Assembly: GCA_963778115.1 (NCBI GenBank)
Contig: CAVZSV010000004.1
Location: forward strand, 2,400,001-2,464,000
Direction: 5' to 3'
From: an uncultured delta proteobacterium
Lineage (GTDB): Bacteria > Bdellovibrionota > FAC87 > UBA2466
DNA length: 64,000 nt
How positions within the stretch are numbered: the first letter of the stretch is position 1; every line of letters begins with the position of its first letter. Below the pieces are notes generated by a model. The model was given only the letters and a program-made list of their open reading frames with translations, had not been told where the DNA came from and searched no databases. Of this stretch, positions 18,249 through 28,383 are shown piece after piece. Position numbers and translations under genes: made by a program.

Positions 18249-18586
18249 AGGAAACCTCGTAACCCACGATAACAGTGGGCGTCTCAATTATCAAATAATG
18301 GAAAACGGTACCTTTCCAGGAGCTGGATCCGGGATAGGCCAGGTCCTCGTCTCATTTCCGCCTGGATTGTGCCTCGCAAATGGGTCAGGATTTAGCTTAA
18401 GGCTCAGCAAAGCGTTAACATTTGTTTTTGAAGCTATCTAATCTGTACTTTCGAATAGTTGTCTTTAGATTCGATGACCATTTGGGTCGATCCGCCAAAG
18501 CCTGCTTGGCTCTTCGAGTGTAAATCGTTCCTTATTCAATACCGGTGTGGTACTTTTTAGATTATCTTCTTTTCTGTCTTCTCTAG

Positions 18587-19657
18587 ATGGACTCAAAAAT
18601 TTTACAAAATTTGGAAGTGGCAAAGGCACACTTCTATTCTCTTAGGTTAGTTGAAGCCTACAACATCCTGCGTCGCTACTACGATCGGTTGCCTTTTCAG
18701 GCAGATCCAGAGCACGGCGAATATATTGGCATGTTCGTTCGTATACTCGTTGAACTGGGTAAAGAATCCGAACTGCAATTTTATTTGGGTGCTTTGAGTA
18801 AGCTTCGGTTTAAGACAAAGGATCCTGCCACTACGTTTCAATTGGGAACGATATATTTCTTTCTGAAAGAGCCTCGTTATGAGGAAGGCAAAAAATTATT
18901 CGAAGAGCTTCTAAGGGATCCCGCCGCGCGAGACTATCACGCCAAAACAAAGATGTGGTTAGCGCACTATTACCACGTGGTTCGTCATGATTTGGGTGCT
19001 ACGCGACAATTAATCTTTTCCATCAAAGAATGCTCGGCCACTGACAAAGTATTCGTGGATATTTGGAAAGGCGTCATTCTTCTCGATGAAAAGGACTTCA
19101 TCAATGCGGAGCGTCAGTTTATCAACGTGATTGAAACGGTAACGCTAGAGCAAAATTGGTACGCCGTCTTTTCAGCCAAGGTAAATCTGGCGCTGACTTA
19201 CGTTGACCAGGGAATGCCGGAAAGAGCCACCCTATTGATTTCGGAAGTTCGAACTCTATTCGCGGAGAAGAACTGCAAATCAGTGGCGCGTTTTATCGAA
19301 GGGTTGGAGAAACAAATTGCCGAAGGTTCTAAGCCGGGGCCCATGACGCTGCGCTGCCTGGACGGTGAGAAGACGCTCTCCTATGAAAAAAAGAGTTTGG
19401 CTTTGAACACTAAGGTTCCCTCCGATAAACTGCTCTTGGCACTCGCGAAGAAGGGGTACCTGGACAAAGCCTTCATCGTAAAAACACTTTACGCCCGCCC
19501 CTACGATGCGAAGCGAGATGACAAGCTTATTTATTACCATATTCATACCGTGAGAAAGAGACTGGGCGAGATGGGCGTCCCGTCGGAAGCTATCCTGTCG
19601 GAAGATGGCGGATACCGCTTAGTGTCGGAAGTAGAAACCTTCGAGGAGGAACTGTGA
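18587..19657 (+). CDS. TPR-like repeat plus C-terminal winged-helix (OmpR-type) transcriptional regulator
   Basis: Helical repeats; C-terminal YDAKRDDKLIYYHIHTVRKRL...GGYRL. Confidence 0.7.
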   Translation: MDSKILQNLEVAKAHFYSLRLVEAYNILRRYYDRLPFQADPEHGEYIGMFVRILVELGKESELQFYLGALSKLRFKTKDPATTFQLGTIYFFLKEPRYEEGKKLFEELLRDPAARDYHAKTKMWLAHYYHVVRHDLGATRQLIFSIKECSATDKVFVDIWKGVILLDEKDFINAERQFINVIETVTLEQNWYAVFSAKVNLALTYVDQGMPERATLLISEVRTLFAEKNCKSVARFIEGLEKQIAEGSKPGPMTLRCLDGEKTLSYEKKSLALNTKVPSDKLLLALAKKGYLDKAFIVKTLYARPYDAKRDDKLIYYHIHTVRKRLGEMGVPSEAILSEDGGYRLVSEVETFEEEL

Positions 19658-20766
19658 TGGCACGCGCGCTTGGGTTGGTTTTGGCGATATTCGCCCTGCT
19701 CTGCCAAACTGGAGAAGCCTCTCGGTCGCACTGCGGAGGAATTGGCCCGACCCCTTTAACGGATATCTCGAGCACACTAAAGTACCACGTGCAAACCCTG
19801 GATGCCGTTGCCGGTGTAAAAGAATTTTTATATCAGGAGACCAGCAATTCCGTCATTTACCGAAATACTAATGACGAGATACGCGGACTCGCCTTTAGCC
19901 AATCCACGGGCGATTATGCGAGCACCACCCTGCTATCGACTTCGGTCTATCCCCTTTCCCGTGTGGTGGATCCTACCGAGACCTTCGTTCTCACCGATGG
20001 GTATGGTTGGATGCTCAACGAAAAGGACCAGACCTGGGCCGAGTTCAGTACCCTTACGAACTTACAGGAACTTTATTGGAGCGGGGACACCATCTATTCC
20101 TTGGCGACCAACCTACAAACCAATGGGAATACCGAATATGATTTCTATTCGTATGAAGTGGGGGGGGATTACCAGAGAAAGCTTTGCAGCGTAACTTCGA
20201 CCGCATCGGCTCCGTATACTTTGGCAGAAGGACATGAGTATCCCTACGTCTTCTTCTATCGAGATCAGATTATTTCTGGTTCGGATAGGGAAGCCCTGGT
20301 GTACGCTTACGATCTTTCCTCGTGCACGATGGGCTCGCCCACCCAATATTCCAATATTAAAGGACCCGTTAAGAGCGTTTACCGATTTGATTCGATAGAT
20401 TCCACGGCCGTGGTTTTTGACAGCCCCACCGAAAATTTATTATGGGACGGTGCTGGGGGCTGCCAATTCTACGAGATCGACAATGAATCGCCTATCGTGC
20501 CCAATTTCAATCAGCCCGTGGTCGCTACCTTTACCGCAGGCCAGGGAGTCACCGTGTACTTCTTAACGACACAGAACAAAGCGACTTTCTTAAAGGGACT
20601 TCCCGTTAATGAGCTAAATCAAGGCGACTTATGGCTAACCGATTCGGGTAGAAAACTCTTCCTGGCGCCCCTCTTTAATGGCGAGCGGTATCACTGGTTA
20701 TTGAATTTAAATTTGGCGGCTAATCAGAACAACGATGGGCTGACAGGACTAAAGCCTACACGCTAA
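19654..20766 (+). CDS. Secreted beta-rich hypothetical protein
   Basis: Signal peptide; S/T/Y-rich; start overlaps the regulator stop codon. Confidence 0.7.
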   Translation: MMARALGLVLAIFALLCQTGEASRSHCGGIGPTPLTDISSTLKYHVQTLDAVAGVKEFLYQETSNSVIYRNTNDEIRGLAFSQSTGDYASTTLLSTSVYPLSRVVDPTETFVLTDGYGWMLNEKDQTWAEFSTLTNLQELYWSGDTIYSLATNLQTNGNTEYDFYSYEVGGDYQRKLCSVTSTASAPYTLAEGHEYPYVFFYRDQIISGSDREALVYAYDLSSCTMGSPTQYSNIKGPVKSVYRFDSIDSTAVVFDSPTENLLWDGAGGCQFYEIDNESPIVPNFNQPVVATFTAGQGVTVYFLTTQNKATFLKGLPVNELNQGDLWLTDSGRKLFLAPLFNGERYHWLLNLNLAANQNNDGLTGLKPTR

Positions 20767-21172
20767 GAGAAGCTTCGTACTTCTTCGCCCGTGACCGCCA
20801 TTTGAGGAATAATCCGCCGAAACCGGCGAGCACCATTCCCACCACGGCTAGCAGAAATAGAATAGCGGTATTAGCACTTTGAACCAGTGGGGATTTAGGA
20901 TTTCCAAAGCAAACCGCACACGCTAAGGCGCCCGTCGGATGGCTAAAGAAAAGGCAAGCCAAGGCAAAGCCGTAAGCGATGTTCTTCATCTTCCTAAGCA
21001 CCCAACCTAAGTAGAGCGAGAGTCCGAAGGTCCAAATCAGGGCGAGATAGCCCATGATCATGGTGCTATGGCTCCCCACTTCCTGCCCCTCGTTGAAGCA
21101 CCACACGGCAAACCAAGTGCCTAAAGCGAGACAGACAATAATGAAGAACAGATGAAACGATTTCAGAGACAT
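20756..21172 (-). CDS. Oxidase-operon small membrane protein with CxxC (ACAVCFG)
   Basis: 138 aa, several TMs, directly after subunit IV. Confidence 0.65.
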   Translation of the reverse strand: MSLKSFHLFFIIVCLALGTWFAVWCFNEGQEVGSHSTMIMGYLALIWTFGLSLYLGWVLRKMKNIAYGFALACLFFSHPTGALACAVCFGNPKSPLVQSANTAILFLLAVVGMVLAGFGGLFLKWRSRAKKYEASLSV

Positions 21173-21198
21173 AAATATTCTCCAGTACTAGTGGTCGA

Positions 21199-21558
21199 CT
21201 ATTCCTTCTCCGGAGCCGCGATCGGAGCCGTTGAGGCCGGTGCCGGACTCCACATGGGACCAATGACCGCATCTTCTTGAACGGTTATCACAGGGATCAA
21301 TAAAACAAGAAAGAAAAAGAAGACGGTCAATCCCAACACCCAGTAGATAATTTTTTTCTCTCCGATGAGATGCATGAAATAGCCGCCCACCAAAGAGCCC
21401 TTAGTCAGTGCTATGACGAGACACACAATAATCGCGTAATGGATGGGCAAGTGGTAGTAACCAACCCCTACCGTAATTGCCGTCAGGGCTAGCAGAGCCC
21501 CAAAGACGCCCCAATAAATTCCAATATGCTTTTTTACCTCTTCGGCCGAAGAACTCAT
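21199..21558 (-). CDS. Cytochrome c oxidase subunit IV
   Basis: Three TMs, K..LV..YFMHL motif. Confidence 0.85.
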   Translation of the reverse strand: MSSSAEEVKKHIGIYWGVFGALLALTAITVGVGYYHLPIHYAIIVCLVIALTKGSLVGGYFMHLIGEKKIIYWVLGLTVFFFFLVLLIPVITVQEDAVIGPMWSPAPASTAPIAAPEKE

Positions 21559-21608
21559 GGATGCTCTCCTATCGTCTAAAGTACAAACTTCCGTTCAAGT
21601 CCCAGCCA

Positions 21609-22205
21609 TTACAGCAAATAGATGGTCGGGAACAAGAAGATCCACACCAAGTCTACAAAATGCCAGTATAACCCAGCACACTCGATTCTGCCGGTGAACT
21701 GTTCGGGATTGGTTTTCCACATCTTACTACCCGGAAACATCAGATAGGCATTTACCACGATGCCACCAATGATATGCAGCGCGTGCAAGCCAGTCAGTGT
21801 GAAATAGACGGCAAAAAAGTTACTCGTCCAAGGGAAATGGTTGTGGTGGAACTTATCGCTGTACTCGATACTCTTTATCGCCAGGAATATAAACGAGCAT
21901 AGTAGCGTTAGCCCCATATACATCCGGAACTTCCCAAACTGGTTAAGTTTCAAGGAGACCCAGGCCATGACGATCGTAACACTGGAAAAGATGAGGATCA
22001 CGGTGTTCGCGGCCGCCCACGCTACGTGGAGTTCCTGATATCCGTGGGGCCAGCTTTCCGAACCGACGCGTAACATGATGTACGCCGAAAACAGAGCGCC
22101 GAACAACATGACTTCGGAGGCCAAAAACAACCAGGTTCCGAATTTCCCATTGGTGATTCCCGTCACCGGATGCGGCTTATAGATATAAGGGATCAATTCA
22201 TCCAT
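21609..22205 (-). CDS. coxC: Cytochrome c oxidase subunit III
   Basis: WLFLASEVMLF, TGLHALH, YWHFVDLVWIFLF. Confidence 0.95.
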   Translation of the reverse strand: MDELIPYIYKPHPVTGITNGKFGTWLFLASEVMLFGALFSAYIMLRVGSESWPHGYQELHVAWAAANTVILIFSSVTIVMAWVSLKLNQFGKFRMYMGLTLLCSFIFLAIKSIEYSDKFHHNHFPWTSNFFAVYFTLTGLHALHIIGGIVVNAYLMFPGSKMWKTNPEQFTGRIECAGLYWHFVDLVWIFLFPTIYLL

Positions 22206-22219
22206 GACTTTTAAGCCTC

Positions 22220-23959
22220 CTAAATGTTTTGCGGGATGAACTCATGCTCGTCCCCCGCATAATCGTACGGTCCTCGGTGTGCTTCGACTGGATGCGTGAA
22301 ATTTCCATGGGGAGGAGGAGTGGGGGTTGCCCATTCCAACGTTGTCGATTCCCAAGGATTATCGTTAGCGACTTTGCCGTGCTTGCGACTGAGGAAAAGA
22401 TTTAAAATAAAGGGAATCTGGAAGCACGCCAGCGACCACGCCGAGACCGACATTACCACGTTCAGTGGGAAAACCGCCTTAGCATGAGCGTATAAACTCA
22501 TGTCGTAGAGACGTCGAGAGACACCCGCCATTCCGACAAAGAACATCGGAAAGAAGATCCCGTTCATGCATACGAACGATCCCCAAAAATGAACCTTACC
22601 CCAGAATTCCGACATTTTTCTGCCGGTTAGTTTCGGATACCAATGGTAAATCCCGGCGAACATCGCGAATATCGTTCCGGGTGCTACCACGTAATGGAAA
22701 TGTCCGATGACATAATAGGTGTCATGCAGATAGATGTCTGACGCCGTCAAACCTAGAGGGAGACCTGTCAAACCACCAATCGCAAACATCGGCAAGAAGG
22801 CCGTCGCGAACAGCATGGGCACGTTGAACCGAATGGACGCTCCCCATAGCGTCAGTAAGAACGTGGTGACGATAATGACCGAAGGAATGGAGATGATCAT
22901 CGTGGTTGCCTGGAAGAAGGAGCTCAAGGTGGTTCCCATTCCCGTCATGAACATGTGATGCGCCCAAACTACAAACGACATGAATCCCAAAAAGATTAGG
23001 GAATAGACCAAGGTATTGTAGCCGTAGAGGGGCTTTCGCGTGTTGGTCGTGATCACTTCAGCGATAATACCGACTGCCGGCAAGATCAGCACGTAGACTT
23101 CAGGATGGGCCAAGAACCAGAACAGATGCTGCCAAAGCAGAGGGTTTCCCCCGCCAGCGACATGAGATTGCTCACCGCTGATGACGAGGCCACTCGGCAG
23201 GAAAAAGCTCGTGCCCGCTAAACGATCCATCAATTGCAGAACACCCGCCGCTTCCAGAGGAGGGAAAGCTAACAATAGCAGAAACGAAGTGACCAGCTGC
23301 GCCCAAGTAAAGATGGGCATCCGAAAGAAGGACATCCCTTTCACCCGTAGTTGAACGCAGGTCACGATGAAATTCACGGAACCTAGCAACGACGAAGTGA
23401 TGAGAAATACCATTCCCAAGAGCCACGTCGTTTGGCCTGTCGGAGCAATGTCAGACAGCGGAGGATAAGAGGTCCACCCCGATTGGGCGGCACCACCCGG
23501 CATGAAAAAGCTGGAGAGCATGACGATTCCGCCCGTGAGAAACACCCAATAGCTCAACATATTGAGTTTGGGAAACGCCATATCCCCCGCTCCGATCTGA
23601 AGCGGAAGTAGGTAATTACCAAAAGCTCCGACGGCCAGAGGCACGATACCCAAGAACACCATGATGGTGCCGTGCATCGCGCCTAACTGGTTGTAGAATT
23701 CGGGGGCCATCGGGCCACCCGCGAAGGCATTAGTATGATCTCCAAGCCATCCTCCGATGAACGGAAGCGCTTGGCCCGGAAACGCCAACTGCCATCGCAT
23801 CAGCATGACCAGACAGAATCCGAAAAAAAGAAAGAGCAAGGAAGTAAATCCATACTGAATTCCGATCCATTTGTGATCGGTCGAAAAAACATATTTCCGA
23901 AGAAAACTCAGCTCATGGTGAGCGTGGTCGGAATGGTGGTGAGTATCGTGCGAACTCAT
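22220..23959 (-). CDS. coxA: Cytochrome c oxidase subunit I (A-type, HPEVY)
   Basis: HGTIM, HPEVY, WAHHM, HDTYYVIGHFHY. Confidence 0.97.
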   Translation of the reverse strand: MSSHDTHHHSDHAHHELSFLRKYVFSTDHKWIGIQYGFTSLLFLFFGFCLVMLMRWQLAFPGQALPFIGGWLGDHTNAFAGGPMAPEFYNQLGAMHGTIMVFLGIVPLAVGAFGNYLLPLQIGAGDMAFPKLNMLSYWVFLTGGIVMLSSFFMPGGAAQSGWTSYPPLSDIAPTGQTTWLLGMVFLITSSLLGSVNFIVTCVQLRVKGMSFFRMPIFTWAQLVTSFLLLLAFPPLEAAGVLQLMDRLAGTSFFLPSGLVISGEQSHVAGGGNPLLWQHLFWFLAHPEVYVLILPAVGIIAEVITTNTRKPLYGYNTLVYSLIFLGFMSFVVWAHHMFMTGMGTTLSSFFQATTMIISIPSVIIVTTFLLTLWGASIRFNVPMLFATAFLPMFAIGGLTGLPLGLTASDIYLHDTYYVIGHFHYVVAPGTIFAMFAGIYHWYPKLTGRKMSEFWGKVHFWGSFVCMNGIFFPMFFVGMAGVSRRLYDMSLYAHAKAVFPLNVVMSVSAWSLACFQIPFILNLFLSRKHGKVANDNPWESTTLEWATPTPPPHGNFTHPVEAHRGPYDYAGDEHEFIPQNI

Positions 23960-24780
23960 TTCGAACTCCCTTCATTAGCCTTGTCAGCATTGCCATCAGT
24001 GGGCGGTGTTTCACTATCCGCGTTATCGGCCGCCAGTTGCTTCTCTTGGTCCGCCATCCAGGCGGCATATTGTTCTGGGGTATCAATCGATAACATTCCA
24101 CGCATCCGGTAATGGCCCAGACCGCAAAGCTGCGCGCAGGCAATTTCGAAATCGGGGCCGGTCTTCGCGGCTTCAAACCAAATGGGGATCGTCATTCCAG
24201 GAATAACGTCCTGTTTCACGCGCAAGACGGGCAGGGAAAAGGAATGGATAACATCTTTGGACGATAGATACACAATCACCGGCTTTCCCGTCGGAACGTG
24301 CAAGTCATTAATGGTGGTGATGTCGTCTTTGCCATCCGGATCGTCCCTGTCGAGCCCTAACGGATTTGAGCTGCTGACTAGCTCGGGTCGGACGCGACCA
24401 AACTTTCCGTCTTGGCCGGGGTAGTGAATGTTCCAAGAGAACTGTTCGGCGACTATTCGGATAAGGACCGCGTCTTTCTCAGCCGGGAAATCTTTTTTCA
24501 CCCGATACCAAATGGGTGAGGAGAGAAATACAAGTAGGATCACTTCAATGATAGCGACCCCTATCTCAATCCAGGTGGGTAAGCGAAAATGTTTGTGGAC
24601 GGCGAACGCCTTGTGGCCGGGACGGGCGCGGAATCGGATGAGAACATAGACGAGGTAGATACCCCATCCGACAAATAGGATCGCCATGAAGACGTGAATC
24701 AGATTGATAAGTTGGTCGATGCCGGCGTTATTTGCGGATGCATTTACCGGCAGCCACCATCCGTAGGGCTTTTGCTCCAT
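23956..24780 (-). CDS. coxB: Cytochrome c oxidase subunit II (CuA)
   Basis: DVIHSF and CAQLCGLGHYRM CuA ligands. Confidence 0.95.
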   Translation of the reverse strand: MEQKPYGWWLPVNASANNAGIDQLINLIHVFMAILFVGWGIYLVYVLIRFRARPGHKAFAVHKHFRLPTWIEIGVAIIEVILLVFLSSPIWYRVKKDFPAEKDAVLIRIVAEQFSWNIHYPGQDGKFGRVRPELVSSSNPLGLDRDDPDGKDDITTINDLHVPTGKPVIVYLSSKDVIHSFSLPVLRVKQDVIPGMTIPIWFEAAKTGPDFEIACAQLCGLGHYRMRGMLSIDTPEQYAAWMADQEKQLAADNADSETPPTDGNADKANEGSSK

Positions 24781-25147
24781 TGCTTACATTCCCCCGAAGT
24801 TGAGGTGTGTTGAGATGTGGCGCGAGTGGTCAAAGAAGCTGGCAGCAGATACCGCAGCGGCAACGAGCACAACATGACGACAAGACAGCAGCCAAAAAGC
24901 TTGTGCAAAAACTCACGCAGAATCTCAACGAGTTCGGTTTCCCAAGCGTTGTTCGAACTGACGAATATAACTGGTCTATTTGACTGTCAATCGGTATCTG
25001 GCGCGGCTCTAACGAAAAACCAATAATCGTCTCTGAGATTTAGTTGAATAATGCAGTGTATTAAGAGGGGGAAACTCGGAATCGTTCACGTGTACGAAGA
25101 AAGGCGTGACACCTAACAGCGTGCTCGGATGTCCCCGTGCGGATAAA

Positions 25148-25189
25148 CATAAGCGTAGACGTAGACTTAGACGTGAGCGTGAACGTGAA
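25148..25189. repeat. Imperfect hexamer tandem repeat (CGTRRR), 7 units
   Basis: cataag cgtaga cgtaga cttaga cgtgag cgtgaa cgtgaa. Confidence 0.75.
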
Positions 25190-25349
25190 CGGATCCGACG
25201 CCGAACGACCAATAGTTCCAAATCGTCGCTGTTCCGTCTCACCTCTCCTGCCGCTCCCCCCCTCTTAGGATCTAGATGACAACCAGTCGCCTAGCGATCA
25301 AAATCTCTTTGGGTCGAAGTCGACGGGAAGGGGAAAACGGTTTTGACGC

Positions 25350-26684
25350 ATGTCCGTGCTTAAGTATCAAGCTGGGTTTGGAAACCACTTCTCCACGGAA
25401 GCCTTACCAGGAGCGCTTCCCGAGGGGCAGAACAGTCCGCAAAAGGTTGCCTTCGGACTTTACGCTGAACAGTTGAGTGGCTCGGCTTTCACCTCTCCGC
25501 GTTCTCAAAACCTAAGATCTTGGCTCTATCGAATAAAGCCCTCTGTCGTTCAGGGAAGTTTTCATCCTTTGGAACCAGCGGTTCCCTTGCTTCGGAGTCG
25601 GCCGTTTCATGTACCGATGGGTCCGGATGCTTTGCGGTGGGACGCGTTTGCGATTCCTTCGGCCCCTGTCGATTTTGTCGAGGGGCTCAGAACGATAGCG
25701 GGCAACGGGGACTCAAGCTCCTACCGCGGATCCGCCATCCACCTCTATGCGGCCAACCGATCGATGGCGGCAGCGAATCGCTTCTTCTATAACGCCGACG
25801 GTGAACTGCTATTGGTTCCAGAGCAAGGAGCCATTTCGCTTCGAACAGAGATGGGAGAACTGCAAGTCGCTCCCGGGGAGATCGTGGTGGTTCCGCGAGG
25901 AATCAAATTTCAGGTCAACCCCAAAGACAAGACTTGCCGAGGATATGCTTGTGAGAATTACGGCCCGCCATTTCGCCTACCCGATCTAGGTCTAATCGGA
26001 TCCAATGGTTTGGCCAATCCTAGGGATTTTTGCTACCCCACGGCTTGTTACGAAGAGAAAAACGGGAAGTATCAGTTGGTGGCTAAATTTCAGGGGGCGC
26101 TTTTCGTCGCGGAGCTGGATCATTCTCCTTTAGATGTCGTGGCATGGCACGGAAACTACGCGCCCTATAAGTACGATCTCGATAAATTTCAGGTCATGGG
26201 CTCCATTAGTATCGACCATCCGGATCCTTCGATTTTTACCGTCCTGACGTCACCTTCCGAGATCCCTGGAACGGCGAATGTCGATTTTGTGATCTTTTCG
26301 CCCAGGTGGCTGGTAATGCAGCACACTTTTAGACCTCCCTACTTTCATCGTAATGGGATGAGTGAGTACATGGGGTTAATTCGGGGACAGTATGATGCTA
26401 GGCAACGCGGTTTTACTCCCGGAGGAGGGAGCTTGCACAATTGCATGACGCCGCACGGACCCGACGCCGACAATTATGAAAAAGCGGTGGCCTCGGATCT
26501 CAAACCACAATTTCTCGAACATACTTTGGCTTTTATGTTTGAAAGTTCCCTTCCTTATCAAGTGACGGCCTTCGCCAGGGAAGCCAAGGAGCTGCAAAAA
26601 GATTATCTGTCTTGTTGGTCTGGCTTAAAGAGCCATTTCCGTCCCGCCACAGGGGAGAGCGGGTCGGGTAGGGAGGACAAATGA
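25350..26684 (+). CDS. hmgA: Homogentisate 1,2-dioxygenase
   Basis: GLYAEQLSG, WHGNYAPYKYDL, HTFRPPYFHRN.MSE, HNCMTPHGPD. Confidence 0.97.
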   Translation: MSVLKYQAGFGNHFSTEALPGALPEGQNSPQKVAFGLYAEQLSGSAFTSPRSQNLRSWLYRIKPSVVQGSFHPLEPAVPLLRSRPFHVPMGPDALRWDAFAIPSAPVDFVEGLRTIAGNGDSSSYRGSAIHLYAANRSMAAANRFFYNADGELLLVPEQGAISLRTEMGELQVAPGEIVVVPRGIKFQVNPKDKTCRGYACENYGPPFRLPDLGLIGSNGLANPRDFCYPTACYEEKNGKYQLVAKFQGALFVAELDHSPLDVVAWHGNYAPYKYDLDKFQVMGSISIDHPDPSIFTVLTSPSEIPGTANVDFVIFSPRWLVMQHTFRPPYFHRNGMSEYMGLIRGQYDARQRGFTPGGGSLHNCMTPHGPDADNYEKAVASDLKPQFLEHTLAFMFESSLPYQVTAFAREAKELQKDYLSCWSGLKSHFRPATGESGSGREDK

Positions 26685-27580
26685 AATCAAAAATTAACAA
26701 GAATATTTCCGAAGAGACTAAGGAACGCGTCGCCAAGGGCGAGGTTTCGCAATCTAAAGTGGATGCCTATTACCGACTGCTAGGACGAATTGAGAAAGAG
26801 ATCATGCCCCACCCGGTGATCACCAAGAACGAATTCACGGCATGGTTTCAGCACGGTCGGTTTGATCGCGAGGATCTTCGCCACTTTTTGGTTCAGTTTT
26901 CCGTCTTTTCTAATTGGTTTATTGAAGCGCAGCTTCGAAAAACTCTGAACGCGCCGACTTTGGAAGCGATGCGAGCTTCCAAAGAAATTTTACTCAATGA
27001 ACTGGGCGTCGCCTTCCGTCCCAAGTCCGCCACGAATAACGGAATTAGCGATGACGCCAATCCCGATATCGTCATTAATACCGAAGGAAGCATAGAAGGT
27101 GGCTCCTTCCGTTTCCAAGCGGCCCATTTCGAATGGCTACTGCGAATGACTTCCCACGTCGGTTTACAATTTGGAGATATCGGCAAACGCCGCCATGGAA
27201 CGAAAAACACTCTTTTCTTCTGCGACGAACTGGCTCGGATTTATGGTTCTGACGATGGAGATGTCGCTCTGGGAGCCAGCTTTTCCGTTGAGAACTGGGC
27301 AGCGGCGGGTTTTTGGAAAGAGTTGATCTCGGGCTTAGAAGTCTTCAAAAAGCGCGAGTGTCCTGGCCTTCCGCTCGCCTTCTTTCTCTGGCACGATCGA
27401 GTCGAAGATCAACACGCCGCTCATACGTGGGACGAACTTGAGGAAGAATATTTTTCCGCCGATATCAACGAAGACAAGTTCATTTCCGCGGGCAAAGAGA
27501 TGTTAGACGGGGTAAATGCCTTTTGGGTCGGGCTTAACGAAGACCGTTTACGCCGAGAAAAGTCTCGTAAGATCGCCTAA
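26681..27580 (+). CDS. Heme-oxygenase-like fold metalloenzyme (TenA/PqqC/CADD-like)
   Basis: LLNELG, AAHFEW, VENWA, FFLWHDRVEDQHAAH; spacing resembles HDO metal ligands. Confidence 0.65.
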   Translation: MKSKINKNISEETKERVAKGEVSQSKVDAYYRLLGRIEKEIMPHPVITKNEFTAWFQHGRFDREDLRHFLVQFSVFSNWFIEAQLRKTLNAPTLEAMRASKEILLNELGVAFRPKSATNNGISDDANPDIVINTEGSIEGGSFRFQAAHFEWLLRMTSHVGLQFGDIGKRRHGTKNTLFFCDELARIYGSDDGDVALGASFSVENWAAAGFWKELISGLEVFKKRECPGLPLAFFLWHDRVEDQHAAHTWDELEEEYFSADINEDKFISAGKEMLDGVNAFWVGLNEDRLRREKSRKIA

Positions 27581-27747
27581 CCGCAGTTTGTTCAAAGGCC
27601 CTCTAGGGGAGTTCAGAGGGGGCAGCTCGTCTCAAAATTGAGACGCTCTTCTCATCTGTGAACGTCTTTCCCCCCTATCTTCTCGATTCTCTGTGCGAAT
27701 CTCTGGTACACCGCTTGCACTCTCTCCCAAGGGAGGAGTTCTTCTCG

Positions 27748-28383
27748 ATGAAGTTTCATGAAGCCGCTAAGTCCGTCTATTCACGGGCCTTGGTCACGGA
27801 CAACAAAGATCCCGATAAATTGGGTCGGGTCAAGGTCGTCTACCCCCACTTTTCGGGGGATGCCGCACAACTTCCTTCGGAATGGGCAAGGGTCTGTCAG
27901 CCCTATGCCTCAAAGGGAAATGGCAGTTGGTTCCTGCCTGACGTGGGCGATGAAGTTCTGGTCCTGTTTCAGGGTGAGAATTTGGAACATCCCATCGTGA
28001 TGGGAACTTTCTATAGCTCCAAAAACCAACCTCCGACCTCAGGTCGTCCCGGAGATCTGAACGACGACGGAAAAAATAGCATTAAATTTTTTCGCTCTCG
28101 CGCGGGAAACCTCTTGGTCTTCGATGACACATCGGGGAAAGAGGGGATAACCGTAAAAGATTCTCAAGGCGCTGAACTTAGGTTGGAAAAGGGGAAGATA
28201 GCCTTAGGCAATAAATCGGGTGAGCTTTTCGATCTACTCGAACAGCTTTTGGATTGTTTAAATCAGAACGCCCCTCAATTTGTTTCGACAGCCGTGGGTC
28301 CGGGATCGCTAAATCCGGCGGTCCAGCAAAAAATAAACGATACCAAAGAAAAATTAAGCCAGATGAAAGGCAAGTTAGACTGA
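27748..28383 (+). CDS. Phage baseplate assembly protein V / Gp5-VgrG OB-fold spike protein
   Basis: VTDNKDPDKLGRVKV, WARV, FLPDVGDEVLVLF..G...P..MG, FDD; GGAGG upstream of ATG 27748. Confidence 0.85.
   Translation: MKFHEAAKSVYSRALVTDNKDPDKLGRVKVVYPHFSGDAAQLPSEWARVCQPYASKGNGSWFLPDVGDEVLVLFQGENLEHPIVMGTFYSSKNQPPTSGRPGDLNDDGKNSIKFFRSRAGNLLVFDDTSGKEGITVKDSQGAELRLEKGKIALGNKSGELFDLLEQLLDCLNQNAPQFVSTAVGPGSLNPAVQQKINDTKEKLSQMKGKLD

Noticed and set aside
18290..18586. Riboswitch or tRNA in long intergenic regions (also 58985-59174 and 59926-60118)
   Set aside because: No cloverleaf or riboswitch consensus recognisable by eye; an Infernal/Rfam scan would be needed to exclude them.
25009..25242. Arg/Ser-rich 77-aa ORF
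   Set aside because: Its composition is a by-product of the hexamer repeat; no other coding support.
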